In this document: one piece after another, positions 7,593 through 16,321 of the stretch
Layout of the letters: every line of letters begins with the position of its first letter
How positions within the stretch are numbered: position 1 is the stretch's first letter
NCBI GenBank assembly: GCA_964472105.1
Contig: CAYYIZ010000001.1
Coordinates: 1-37,596, forward strand
Length of the DNA stretch: 37,596 nucleotides
Source of the DNA: an uncultured Candidatus Saccharibacteria bacterium
Lineage (GTDB): Bacteria > Patescibacteriota > Minisyncoccia > Minisyncoccales > CG1-02-41-26
Reading direction: 5' to 3'
Position numbers and translations under genes: made by a program
Notes under the pieces: generated by a model
What the model was told of the DNA's origin: nothing
The model's database searches: none
What the model saw: only the letters and a program-made list of their open reading frames with translations

Positions 7593-8320
7593 AATTTTAG
7601 GTTTGAATATATGTCTTGGACTGCCTCTGATTCGTCTAATTCTTCAAAAAGTTTATCAATACTCCCTTTATCTTTCTCTCCCACTTCAATTTGTTCTCGG
7701 GAAACCCAATCCAAAGTTGCCGATTCAATTTTTAGACCTTTTTCTTCAAGGTTTTTCTTTATCCTGTCCAATTCTTCCGGTTTTGTATAAACGTCTAAAA
7801 TATTCTCTGTTTTATGCCAATAAATATCTTCGGCCCCGCTCTCAATCGCTTTTAATTCCAGCTCCTCTTTGGTCATTGGGGCTTGGTCATTGGGATTTAG
7901 CGTTATTGCTCCTTTCCTCTCAAACAGCCATCTTACCGAGCCCTCTCCGGCTAATTTCCCTCCGTATTTTTGTAAGATTTGTTTTACCTCGCTCAAAGTC
8001 CTGTTTTTGTTGTCGGTTATCCCCTCAATAATAATGGCAATTCCGCTGGGACCAAAAGCTTCGTAGTTTACCGACTCAAGCTTTTCTCCCCCAATCTCGC
8101 CGGTTCCTCTTTTAATCGCCCTTTCAATGTTGTCTTTTGGCATATTAAAGTTGCGAGCTTCATCTAACGCCTGCCTTAGTTTAGAATTGGTTTCCGGGTT
8201 GGCTCCCTCGCGGGTAGCAACTGAAATCATCCGAGCCAGCTTGGAAAATGTCCTGCCCCGTTGGGCATCGTGCGCGTCTTTAACTCTTTTTATAGTTTTA
8301 GCGTGACTGTGTCCACTCAT
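7589..8320 (-). CDS. yebC: YebC/PmpR family DNA-binding transcriptional regulator
   Basis: 243 aa beginning MSGHSHAKTIKRVKDAHDAQRGRTFSKL, with NMPKDNIERAIKRGTG. Typical family signature and the typical position upstream of ruvC. Confidence 0.9.
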   Translation of the reverse strand: MSGHSHAKTIKRVKDAHDAQRGRTFSKLARMISVATREGANPETNSKLRQALDEARNFNMPKDNIERAIKRGTGEIGGEKLESVNYEAFGPSGIAIIIEGITDNKNRTLSEVKQILQKYGGKLAGEGSVRWLFERKGAITLNPNDQAPMTKEELELKAIESGAEDIYWHKTENILDVYTKPEELDRIKKNLEEKGLKIESATLDWVSREQIEVGEKDKGSIDKLFEELDESEAVQDIYSNLKL

Positions 8321-8388
8321 ATTTTTATATTTTTTAATTTCATTTTAAGTTTAATTTAAAATTTGCCAAAAATCAACGGTTTAAATCA

Positions 8389-9576
8389 TTATTCTTCGTC
8401 TTCTATTCTTTTTTTAATAAACAAAACAACTATTCCCGACGAAACAGCGACCAAGAGAGCAATTAAAAAGGTAATTACGGGACTTAATGCTTTCGGGGGA
8501 TGCCCTCCGATTTCTGCCAAGGAAGGAAATTCAGCTTGTTCTTTTTCCTCTACCAATTCTTCAGAGGACTCAGTTATTAGGGGTTCAAGAGAAGTGATAA
8601 TATTAGCTTCCCCAGGAGTTAAAGTTGTGCTCCACTTCCAGCCAGAGGAAGCCCTGTTGAAAGATTGGCCCAAAGGAGCTTTAGGGTAATTTGCTTTGTC
8701 AATAATTTCTCCAACGGGGTTTAAAATTTCCAAGCCGTCGCCGCTGTTTTGCAAAGTGATTTTGGTTTCACTTCTTCGCAAAAGTAGGAAGCCATTTGAT
8801 TTAATTTTTGTTCTTTCGGGGATTGTATAGATTTTTACTGCGCCAACTGTATCTCTAATTTGCCAGCCAGAAAGCTCAACCTCAAAATTATTTTCATTAA
8901 AAAGTTCAATCCATTCATTTTCAGCGTCAGGGCCATCGGGCGAGGGTAAAATTTCATTGATAAAAATATTTAAAGGATAAGCTTTTGGTTCCCCGCCGCA
9001 ACTTTCACAAGCAGGCGGGCCCGCCCCATTGTCCTCCGGACTTTGGGCGGGTGACTCGGCACTCTTTTCGGCCCTTGGCGTGCCTCCGGCATTTTGACTG
9101 GTCTGCCAATTTAAAGAATCATTTCCAGAGACTAAAGAATCTTTTCTTTCCATTGTTTGTTTAGTTGAATTGTCTCCAGCAAACCAGCCCTCTTTGCAAT
9201 CTATTTCGTCAATTACTTTGCCCTCGTTATCAATTAGTTTTAAATATTCTCCCTCATTATGCAGACTCCCTTTATAAATTAAATCAGCAGTAATGCTTGG
9301 CAGAGTTTCGTCATCGGTTCGTTCCAAAAGAAAAAATCCCCGAGCTGGGATTTTGCCTTCTAAATAAATTTGTGGAGTTTCGTCTTCCGCCAGCAATTTC
9401 CACCCATCAAGGTTTAAAGCAACGATTGAGTTGTTATAAAGTTCAATCCATTCGTCATTAAAGGATGTTTCTGTGCCCATCCAGGCAATTTCATTGATAA
9501 CAACATTTAAGGGGCTAGCGGCGGCAGTCCAAGAAAGGGGAGACAGAACCAACAAAAAGATTATAACAGCTTGCAT
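8389..9576 (-). CDS. secreted, membrane-anchored protein with two lamin-tail-domain (LTD)-like repeats
   Basis: 395 aa. Signal-peptide-like N-terminus. Two copies of the LTD entry motif (VVINEIAWMG...DEWIELYN and IFINEILPSPDG...NEWIELFN). Cys-containing Pro/Gly linker. C-terminal TM helix followed by KKRIEDEE. Confidence 0.65.
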   Translation of the reverse strand: MQAVIIFLLVLSPLSWTAAASPLNVVINEIAWMGTETSFNDEWIELYNNSIVALNLDGWKLLAEDETPQIYLEGKIPARGFFLLERTDDETLPSITADLIYKGSLHNEGEYLKLIDNEGKVIDEIDCKEGWFAGDNSTKQTMERKDSLVSGNDSLNWQTSQNAGGTPRAEKSAESPAQSPEDNGAGPPACESCGGEPKAYPLNIFINEILPSPDGPDAENEWIELFNENNFEVELSGWQIRDTVGAVKIYTIPERTKIKSNGFLLLRRSETKITLQNSGDGLEILNPVGEIIDKANYPKAPLGQSFNRASSGWKWSTTLTPGEANIITSLEPLITESSEELVEEKEQAEFPSLAEIGGHPPKALSPVITFLIALLVAVSSGIVVLFIKKRIEDEE

Positions 9577-10571
9577 TGGGAGTTCCTGAATTTTATGTCT
9601 AAATGCTGAAAAGCGAGTTTAGTGGCAACTCTTCCCCGGGGAGTTCTTTCAATAAAACCGAGACGCATCAGATAGGGCTCGTAAATATCTAAGACCGTAT
9701 CTTCTTCTTCGGCGGTAGCGGCCGCTAAAGCTTGCAAACCAACCGGTCCTCCGTTAAATTTCTCAATGAGAGCCCTTAAAAGTCTTCGGTCGGTTGCTTC
9801 TAGCCCCAGCTCATCAACCTCTAAGGATTTTAAAGCATTTTTGGTAATTTCTTGGGTAATTTTTCCCTGGCCTTTTATTTGGGCAAAGTCCCTTACCCTT
9901 TTTAAAAGATGATTGGCGGTTCTCGGAGTGAATCGGGAGGAGCCGGCAATAATTTTTAAAGCCTGAGGGGCGGCTTCAATGTTCAAGATTTGAGAAGACC
10001 TTTGAAGAATTTTTTCAATGTCTGAAGTTTCGTAGAAATTCAAGCCAAAAGTTGCTCCAAATCTTGAGCGCAAAGGTCCCGAGATAAGAGCCAACCGGGT
10101 AGTTGCTCCGATTAGGGTGAACTTGGGGATTTTCATTTCCATAGTTCTTGCCATTGGCCCTTTCCCCAAAATCAGGTTTAATTTAAAGTCCTCCATGGCC
10201 GGATACAAGTATTCCTCAATGATTCGGTTGAGACGGTGGATTTCATCACAGAATAAAATGGTTCCTTCTTCCAGGTTGGTTAAGATGGCTGCCAAATCGC
10301 CAGCCCTTTCAATAGCCGGGCCGGAAGTGACTTTGATTTCACTGCCTATTTCCTTGGACACCAAATAAGCTAAAGTGGTTTTGCCAAGCCCGCTCCCACC
10401 GTGAAAAAGCAGGTGCTCGGGAATATGTTTTCTCTGCTTGGCCGCCTCAATAATAATCTTAAGATTCTCTTTAACCTTAGCTTGGCCAACATAATCCTTC
10501 CAGTTTTGTGGCCTTAAGGTTAAATCTAAAATATCCTCTTCCGCCGCTTTATTTTCTTGAGGGCTTGACAT
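9561..10571 (-). CDS. ruvB: Holliday junction branch migration DNA helicase RuvB
   Basis: 336 aa. LRPQNWKDYVGQ, Walker A GGSGLGKTTLA, Walker B LFCDEIHRL, sensor GATTRLALISGPLRSRFG, C-terminal winged-helix YLMRLGFIERTPRGR. Confidence 0.95.
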   Translation of the reverse strand: MSSPQENKAAEEDILDLTLRPQNWKDYVGQAKVKENLKIIIEAAKQRKHIPEHLLFHGGSGLGKTTLAYLVSKEIGSEIKVTSGPAIERAGDLAAILTNLEEGTILFCDEIHRLNRIIEEYLYPAMEDFKLNLILGKGPMARTMEMKIPKFTLIGATTRLALISGPLRSRFGATFGLNFYETSDIEKILQRSSQILNIEAAPQALKIIAGSSRFTPRTANHLLKRVRDFAQIKGQGKITQEITKNALKSLEVDELGLEATDRRLLRALIEKFNGGPVGLQALAAATAEEEDTVLDIYEPYLMRLGFIERTPRGRVATKLAFQHLDIKFRNSQCKLL

Positions 10572-10593
10572 TTTTTTAAAAATATATTACAAT
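10565..10593 (+). promoter_or_regulatory. consensus sigma70-type promoter TTGACA-17 nt-TACAAT
   Basis: -35 TTGACA at 10565-10570 (overlaps the ruvB start codon on the other strand), exact 17-nt spacer, -10 TACAAT at 10588-10593. The first base of the structured element lies 7 nt downstream. Confidence 0.6.
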
Positions 10594-10599
10594 AAGAAT

Positions 10600-10722
10600 T
10601 AGCCCGAAACCAATTTTTAGGAATTTCTTTGTGAATGGGCGTCTAAGCTTTTTGCTTGGACGTTCCCTAAAGAGGTTCTGTACCTTCAGGCAATGTAGGT
10701 TTGGTTTCGGGCTATCTTTTTT
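10600..10722 (+). ncRNA. candidate structured small RNA (about 120 nt, unassigned family)
   Basis: 14-bp perfect closing helix 10600-10613 / 10701-10714, followed by tcTTTTTT (10715-10722). Internal 9-bp hairpin 10640-10648 / 10654-10662 with a U5 loop. Stacked helices GGG/CCC (10637-39 / 10665-67) and 10624-30 / 10669-75. The U-G wobble in the 9-bp stem would be an A-C mismatch on the opposite strand, which favours plus orientation. No credible ORF. Confidence 0.5.
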
Positions 10723-10726
10723 CAAA

Positions 10727-12031
10727 CTATTTCCCTGCTACTCTTTCCACTTCCTCCAAGGTAGTTATCCCCGAGAGCACTTTCAGCAAGCCGTCTTCTC
10801 TCATTGTCAGCATTCCCCTTTCTCTCGCTTTTTTGCGAAGGGCAGAAATAGAAGGGGCTTTTGATATAAATTGTTCCATTTTATCGTCAACCAAAAAGAA
10901 TTCAAAAATACCCACTCTTCCCTTATAACCGGTAGAACTACAGACAGAACATCCCTTGGCTTTGGGAATTTTCAGGTTTTTGTCTAAAGAAGGGACTTTT
11001 ATTTTTGCTTTTTTGGGGAGAGCTTTCACTCCCTCTTTAAGTTTTGAGAGTTCTTGAGGGGTGGGTTTTTCCAATTTAAGACATTTTTTACAAACTCTCC
11101 TGATTAATCTTTGGGCAACGGCTAAGTTTATAGCCGGAGCAATGTTTACCGGGCTCTCTCCCAAAGCTTGCAGCCTGACAACGGTTCCGGCGGCATCGTT
11201 GGTGTGCAGAGTCGTTAAAACCAGATGGCCGGTTAAGGCCGCCTGCAGGGAGATTTTTGCCGTCTCAAAATCCCTAATTTCACCAACCAGAATTACGTCC
11301 GGGTCTTGCCTGACAATCGCCTTGAGGCCCGTTGCAAAATCATAGCCCTTTTTCGGATTAACCTGGCTTTGGGAAATGCCTTTTAGATGATATTCAATCG
11401 GGTCCTCAATTGTTATAATTTTAACTTCGGGATTTCTAATTCTTTTCAAAATAGCATACAAAGTGGTGGTTTTCCCGCTTCCGGTCGGCCCGGTTATAAT
11501 TATCATTCCATTGGGCTGAGCAATTTCCTTTTTGAAAACCTCCATTATCTCTTCTCTTATGCCCAGCTCTTCAATTTCAATTAAGCTCTTGGGATTTAAG
11601 ATTCTTATAACAATTGTTTCACCATATTCGGAAGGAAGAGTAGAAACTCTCGCCTCCACCGCTGATTTATTTAATAAAATAGTAAAACGGCCGTCTTGGG
11701 CGCGGTCGCTGACATTTAATTTAATGCCGGACAAAAGCTTAATTCTGGAGAGCAGGGCTTTATAGATTGTCGGAGCAAAAAAGATAACATCGTGAAGTAT
11801 GCCGTCGGTCCTTAATCTTAATTTTGCCCTTTCTTCTTCCACTTCAATGTGAATATCTGATGCCTCAAGAGTTATTGCTCCCCCAAGAATTACCGCCGCC
11901 ATTTGGCCGGTTTCTTTTGATAAGTTTTTTTCAATTTCCTGCTTAAAACTTCGGATATGCCTGATGGAAGCTTTAATTTGTTTTTCTTCCTCTCCGCCGA
12001 TTTCTATTTGTCCTGTAATTTTCTCTCTCAT
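10727..12031 (-). CDS. pilB: GspE/PilB family type II/IV secretion ATPase (short form)
   Basis: 434 aa. Walker A GPTGSGKTTT, Asp box, Walker B PDVILVGEIRD, His box TGHLVLTTLHTNDA, tetracysteine cluster CKKC...CSVCSSTGYKGR. Confidence 0.88.
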   Translation of the reverse strand: MREKITGQIEIGGEEEKQIKASIRHIRSFKQEIEKNLSKETGQMAAVILGGAITLEASDIHIEVEEERAKLRLRTDGILHDVIFFAPTIYKALLSRIKLLSGIKLNVSDRAQDGRFTILLNKSAVEARVSTLPSEYGETIVIRILNPKSLIEIEELGIREEIMEVFKKEIAQPNGMIIITGPTGSGKTTTLYAILKRIRNPEVKIITIEDPIEYHLKGISQSQVNPKKGYDFATGLKAIVRQDPDVILVGEIRDFETAKISLQAALTGHLVLTTLHTNDAAGTVVRLQALGESPVNIAPAINLAVAQRLIRRVCKKCLKLEKPTPQELSKLKEGVKALPKKAKIKVPSLDKNLKIPKAKGCSVCSSTGYKGRVGIFEFFLVDDKMEQFISKAPSISALRKKARERGMLTMREDGLLKVLSGITTLEEVERVAGK

Positions 12032-13134
12032 AAGCTTAAGATTTCAAAAATTTTATCTTTAACCTTTTGAATGTCCATCTCAACCGACTGGAAAAGGGCT
12101 CCCTCGCCTTTCTCCAGTCCCCTAAAATTTTCTAATATTTTCTGTTTCATTTTTTTGTTTGGGGAATAAAAAATGCCCCGGGTAATTGAAGGAGAATTTT
12201 TGCTTTCCCAAAGACAGAGAAAATTTTGAAAGGGAAAAATCCCAGAGGTCAGTTTTTCCAGAGCAAATTTTAAATTTGAAGGAGAGGCATTAGCCTGGGA
12301 AAAATCTTCTTCTCTCAAGAGAACCCAGCCAAGGTCCAAGCTTTCTAAGAAGTTCAATTTATTGAAAATTCTGCCAAAAATTTGAAAGGAGCTCTCATTT
12401 TCTATTCGATAAAGATGAGAACTTATCTCTTTGAGGTCTGCCCCTCTGTCAATTAAAAAGCCAACTTTTTGGAAGGTTTGAGAAGTTAGCTCCGGAGTTT
12501 GGAAATTCCGAGTTGCCTCAACTATGCCCAGAAGCAAGGAATTTACTGTTTCTTTAATAAATAGTTTTTTGTCAATTGAAATTAAAAAATCAAAAACAAT
12601 CTCAGAGAGAGAAGCAGAACTAACTTCAACTAGGTTTAATTGGCCGTAATTCTCATTTTCCAGCTGGTTGTCAATGTTTATTACCGAAGCAGTCCTTTCT
12701 TTTGCCATTTCTCTTGAAAGCTCTTTAACTTTTTTGGCTTCTCCAATGCCCAGGGTTATTAAAAGCTCTCCAACTCCTAAAGAGTGGAGGGCAAAATTTT
12801 CCTTTTTCAGCTCGTCTCCGTTTGTTTTCAAATAAAGATTCAAGCCCTGACCCGTTTTTTCATAAAACAGCTGGGAAAGCTTTGTCTGAGACGCTTTAAT
12901 TGAGATTAGAAAATCTCCCTGGGAGAGGTGGAAGTTAGTTTTTTTTATTAAAAAGTTGTACTTTTGAGGATAGTTTTCGGCAATTAGATTTACATTCTTG
13001 CCTAATTTCTTTAAACTAAAAAAGAGGGCTAAAGCAGCCGGAAAACTATCTTTCCGGAAGTCAGGCGAAGGAAGAAGAGCAATGTCCTGAACTTTCTCAA
13101 TAATCTTTTTTAGTTTCTTAAAATTTTCTACCAT
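12028..13134 (-). CDS. NrnA/DHH-DHHA1-like protein with degenerate catalytic motifs (probable pseudoenzyme)
   Basis: 368 aa with NrnA-like layout (KKIIEKVQDIALL...ALALFFSLKKLGKNVNLI). The HxxPDGD motif is PSPDFRKD, IDHH is IDNQ, DTG is EAT, and no GGGH motif is evident. Stop overlaps the pilB start by 4 nt. Confidence 0.45.
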   Translation of the reverse strand: MVENFKKLKKIIEKVQDIALLPSPDFRKDSFPAALALFFSLKKLGKNVNLIAENYPQKYNFLIKKTNFHLSQGDFLISIKASQTKLSQLFYEKTGQGLNLYLKTNGDELKKENFALHSLGVGELLITLGIGEAKKVKELSREMAKERTASVINIDNQLENENYGQLNLVEVSSASLSEIVFDFLISIDKKLFIKETVNSLLLGIVEATRNFQTPELTSQTFQKVGFLIDRGADLKEISSHLYRIENESSFQIFGRIFNKLNFLESLDLGWVLLREEDFSQANASPSNLKFALEKLTSGIFPFQNFLCLWESKNSPSITRGIFYSPNKKMKQKILENFRGLEKGEGALFQSVEMDIQKVKDKIFEILSL

Positions 13135-13193
13135 CTTCTTCTCAATTTAGTTAATTTTTACTTCAATGTCAACTAAAACTCGAAACTTGGAAC

Positions 13194-13646
13194 ATGAAAC
13201 CTAAAACATTTCTTTCCGTGTCTCCCTCTCAAACAGAAAAGCTGGGCAGAGAACTTGCCAGGAAAGTTTTTAAATTTCCTTCAAACAAAAGAGCAGTTGT
13301 TGTTGGCTTGATTGGGGACTTAGGAGGCGGTAAAACAACTTTTTTAAAAGGCTTTTCAAAAGGGCTTGGCCTAAAAGAAAAGATATTAAGCCCCACTTTT
13401 ATTATTATGCGAAAATTCCAAGTTGGCAGAGATAAATTCCAATGGTTTTATCATTTTGATTGTTACAGGATAAAAAATCCAAAGGAAATTTTAGAGCTTG
13501 ACTTCAAAGAGATAATTTCTCACTCCAAAAATATTGTTTGCATTGAATGGGCCGACCGCATTGAAAAGATTGTCCCCAAAGGAGCCGTTTTAATAAGATT
13601 TAGATTTGTTGACAAAAAAACAAGAAAAATATCTTTTAAGTTTTAA
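13194..13646 (+). CDS. tsaE: tRNA t6A37 biosynthesis ATPase TsaE
   Basis: 150 aa. GDLGGGKTTFLKGFSKGLG P-loop, SPTFIIM, HFDCYR motifs typical of TsaE/YjeE. Confidence 0.85.
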   Translation: MKPKTFLSVSPSQTEKLGRELARKVFKFPSNKRAVVVGLIGDLGGGKTTFLKGFSKGLGLKEKILSPTFIIMRKFQVGRDKFQWFYHFDCYRIKNPKEILELDFKEIISHSKNIVCIEWADRIEKIVPKGAVLIRFRFVDKKTRKISFKF

Positions 13647-13663
13647 TTTGTTGAGATAAGTTT

Positions 13664-15907
13664 ATGGCCGACCAAAAAAAACGTTTAATCATCATTGACA
13701 GCAATTCTTTAATTCACCGCGCCTATCATGCCCTGCCTCCCTTAACCACTAAAAAGGGAGAGTTGGTTAACGCGATTTACGGATTTTTATTGGTTTTTTT
13801 GAAGGTCTTAAGAGAAATGAAGCCGGATTTTGTTGCCGCCGCCTTTGATTTGCCGGGACCTACCTTTCGCCACAAAGAATTCAAAAAGTATAAAGCTAAA
13901 AGAGTCAAAGCTCCCGAAGAACTTTATCAGCAGATTTCAAAAATTAAAGAAGTTTTGAGGGCATTCAAAGTGCCAATTTTTGAGAAACAAGGATTTGAAG
14001 CAGACGATTTAATCGGCACCATAGCCAAACTGGCTCCCAGAAAACAGGCCTACCCAGAACTTGAAACAATAATCTTGAGCGGCGATTTGGATTCTCTCCA
14101 GCTTATTAACCAACAGACAAAAGTTTACACCCTAAAGAAGGGGATTAAAGACACGATTTTATACGATATTGAGAAAGTCAGAGAAAGATATCAGGGACTG
14201 GACCCTTCTCAACTCACCGATTTTAAAAGTTTGAGGGGCGACCCTTCCGACAATATTCCCGGAGTTACCGGGATTGGCGAGAAAACCGCCATTAAACTGA
14301 TTAAAGAATTCGGCAGCTTGGAAAATCTTTACCAAGAGATTGATGAGAAAACGGAAAAAGCAGAAGGGATAAAAGACAGTGTTTTAAAAAAGTTAAAAGA
14401 TTATAAAGAGCAGGCCTTTATTTCAAAGAGATTGGTCCAAATAAAGGAAGATGTTCCGATTGATTTCAATCTGAAAGAAGCTAAATTTGAGAAAATTAAC
14501 AAAGAAAAGATAACTGAGGTTTTTAAAAGCTTTGAATTTTATACCCTGCTCAAAAGATTAGAAGAGCTTACCTCTTATGTTTCTCTCAAACAACAGGGAC
14601 TTATGTCTTTTCCAGACGCTAAAAGAAGCATTGAGGAAGAAATTGAAAATCTTGCTAAGGAAGGAATTATTTCCGAAAAAATTGCTAAGATTGAAAAAGC
14701 TTTGGTTAAAGTGGTTAAAGAGATGGGAAAGAACGGCATAAAAATAGACCTGAGAGCTCTTCGGGAAGTTTCGGAAAATTTAGAGATAAAAATTAAAGAC
14801 CTGCAAGCAAAAATTTTTAACCTGGCTTTGGGAGAGTTCAACCTTAACTCCCCCCAGCAGGTGAGAGAAGTTCTTTTTGAAAAACTTAAAATTGAAGAGA
14901 AAGGATTGAAGAGGACGCCGGCAGGCGTAGTTTCTACCGGGGCTCAAGAGCTGCAAAAATTACGGGAAGCTCATCCAATAATAGACCTGATCTCAAAGCA
15001 CAGAGAGCTTTTCAAGCTAAAGTCCGGCTTTGTGGATGCTTTGCCAAAAATGATAGACAAAAAGGACGGGAGAATTCATCCCCATTTTCATCAATTGGGG
15101 ACGGTTAGCGGAAGAATGAGCTGTTCAACTCCTAATTTGCAAAACATCCCAATCAAGAGTGAAACCGGCAAAGAAATCAGGAAATGCTTCTGTTCTGCTG
15201 AAGGTTTTAAGTTTCTTTCAGCCGATTATTCTCAAATGGAATTAAGGATAGCGGCGGCAATCAGCCAAGATAAAAGAATACAAGAGCTTTTTCAAAAAGG
15301 AGAAGACATTCACCGGCTGACGGCGGCTCAAATCTTTCAAATCCCGGAGAAGGAAATAACTGAAACTCAAAGAAATTTTGCTAAAACTTTAAGCTTTGGA
15401 ATTCTCTATGGCATGGGAGCCCGGGGGCTTGCTGCGAGAACCGATTTCTCTTTAAGAGAAGCAAAAGAATTTATTGATAAATACTTTGAAAAGTTTCCGG
15501 AATTCACTAAGTTTATCAAGAAATCAATTGAAAGGGCCAGAGAGAAAGGATTCGTTGAAACGCTTTCGGGCAGAAAGAGATTTTTGCCCGAGCTTAATTC
15601 AATTGACCCAAGACTGCGCTCCCGGGCCGAAAGAATGGCTCGCAATTTTCCGATACAGGGACTGGCGGCTGATATTTGTAAAATGGCAATGGTAAAAATA
15701 GAAGAAGAAGGACTGCTGAATAAAGATTGTAAGATGATTTTACAGATTCACGACGAGCTCCTTTTTGAAATAAAAGGGGAGCTCGTTAAAGAAACAGCTT
15801 TTAAAATTAAAGAGATTATGGAGAGGATTTACCAGCTTACTCCCCCTCCGAAGGTGGAGTTAAGAATTGGCGGCAATTGGAAAGAAATGGATTTTTTGTT
15901 AAAATAA
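13664..15907 (+). CDS. polA: DNA polymerase I (5' nuclease plus polymerase domains; 3'-5' exonuclease region strongly reduced)
   Basis: 747 aa. 5' nuclease N-terminus (LIIIDSNSLIHRAYHALP, GDPSDNIPGVTGIGEKTA). Polymerase motif A DYSQMELRIAA, motif B RNFAKTLSFGILYGMG, motif C QIHDELLFE. Only a short linker lies between the nuclease and polymerase parts. Confidence 0.92.
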   Translation: MADQKKRLIIIDSNSLIHRAYHALPPLTTKKGELVNAIYGFLLVFLKVLREMKPDFVAAAFDLPGPTFRHKEFKKYKAKRVKAPEELYQQISKIKEVLRAFKVPIFEKQGFEADDLIGTIAKLAPRKQAYPELETIILSGDLDSLQLINQQTKVYTLKKGIKDTILYDIEKVRERYQGLDPSQLTDFKSLRGDPSDNIPGVTGIGEKTAIKLIKEFGSLENLYQEIDEKTEKAEGIKDSVLKKLKDYKEQAFISKRLVQIKEDVPIDFNLKEAKFEKINKEKITEVFKSFEFYTLLKRLEELTSYVSLKQQGLMSFPDAKRSIEEEIENLAKEGIISEKIAKIEKALVKVVKEMGKNGIKIDLRALREVSENLEIKIKDLQAKIFNLALGEFNLNSPQQVREVLFEKLKIEEKGLKRTPAGVVSTGAQELQKLREAHPIIDLISKHRELFKLKSGFVDALPKMIDKKDGRIHPHFHQLGTVSGRMSCSTPNLQNIPIKSETGKEIRKCFCSAEGFKFLSADYSQMELRIAAAISQDKRIQELFQKGEDIHRLTAAQIFQIPEKEITETQRNFAKTLSFGILYGMGARGLAARTDFSLREAKEFIDKYFEKFPEFTKFIKKSIERAREKGFVETLSGRKRFLPELNSIDPRLRSRAERMARNFPIQGLAADICKMAMVKIEEEGLLNKDCKMILQIHDELLFEIKGELVKETAFKIKEIMERIYQLTPPPKVELRIGGNWKEMDFLLK

Positions 15908-15919
15908 AGCAACAAATTT

Positions 15920-16321
15920 ATGTCAGAGACAATAGCTACTTTTGTTTTTTTTATAATAATTGTTCTTCTGCCTCTTCTCTCTTTTTTAATCTACTTAAAA
16001 TACAAAAAAGCGTTGAAAGAGTTAGAAAAAACAAAAAAGATTTTGGAAGAATCAAAGAAGGTTCAGGGCATTCAGGTGAAAGCCAGAACCCGCCAATTAA
16101 AAGAACAAGCCGAGACATTAGGCGAAGAGAACATAGAGAAAACCAGAGCCCTAAGAGAGCGGTTGAAAGAGCTTGAAAAATTCCATCGGCTAACCGTTGG
16201 CAGAGAATTGAAAATGATAACGTTGAAGAAGGAGGTGAAGAAAATGGAAGCCCAGTTAAGAGAGGCTAACCTTGAGTTTAAAAAAAATGCTAAATCATCA
16301 AACAAGAAAAGGAATAGATAA
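15920..16321 (+). CDS. membrane-anchored coiled-coil protein; possibly the detached N-terminal part of the downstream histidine kinase
   Basis: 133 aa. One N-terminal TM helix (FVFFIIIVLLPLLSFLIYL), then a charged coiled coil including FHRLTVGRELKMITLKKEV. The 3' end overlaps the next ORF by 50 nt across an A8 run (16280-16287). Confidence 0.5.
   Translation: MSETIATFVFFIIIVLLPLLSFLIYLKYKKALKELEKTKKILEESKKVQGIQVKARTRQLKEQAETLGEENIEKTRALRERLKELEKFHRLTVGRELKMITLKKEVKKMEAQLREANLEFKKNAKSSNKKRNR

Noticed and set aside
10600-10722. Possibility that the structured RNA is the small SRP (4.5S) RNA, a 6S RNA, or a minus-strand leader or terminator.
   Set aside because: No GNAR tetraloop or AGCA/symmetric-loop motif of SRP domain IV is present in either orientation (the apical loop is UUUUU). 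It is too short and lacks the large central bubble of 6S RNA. The U-G wobble, the consensus promoter and the T-run all point to the plus strand, where there is no downstream gene. It is left as unassigned rather than named.
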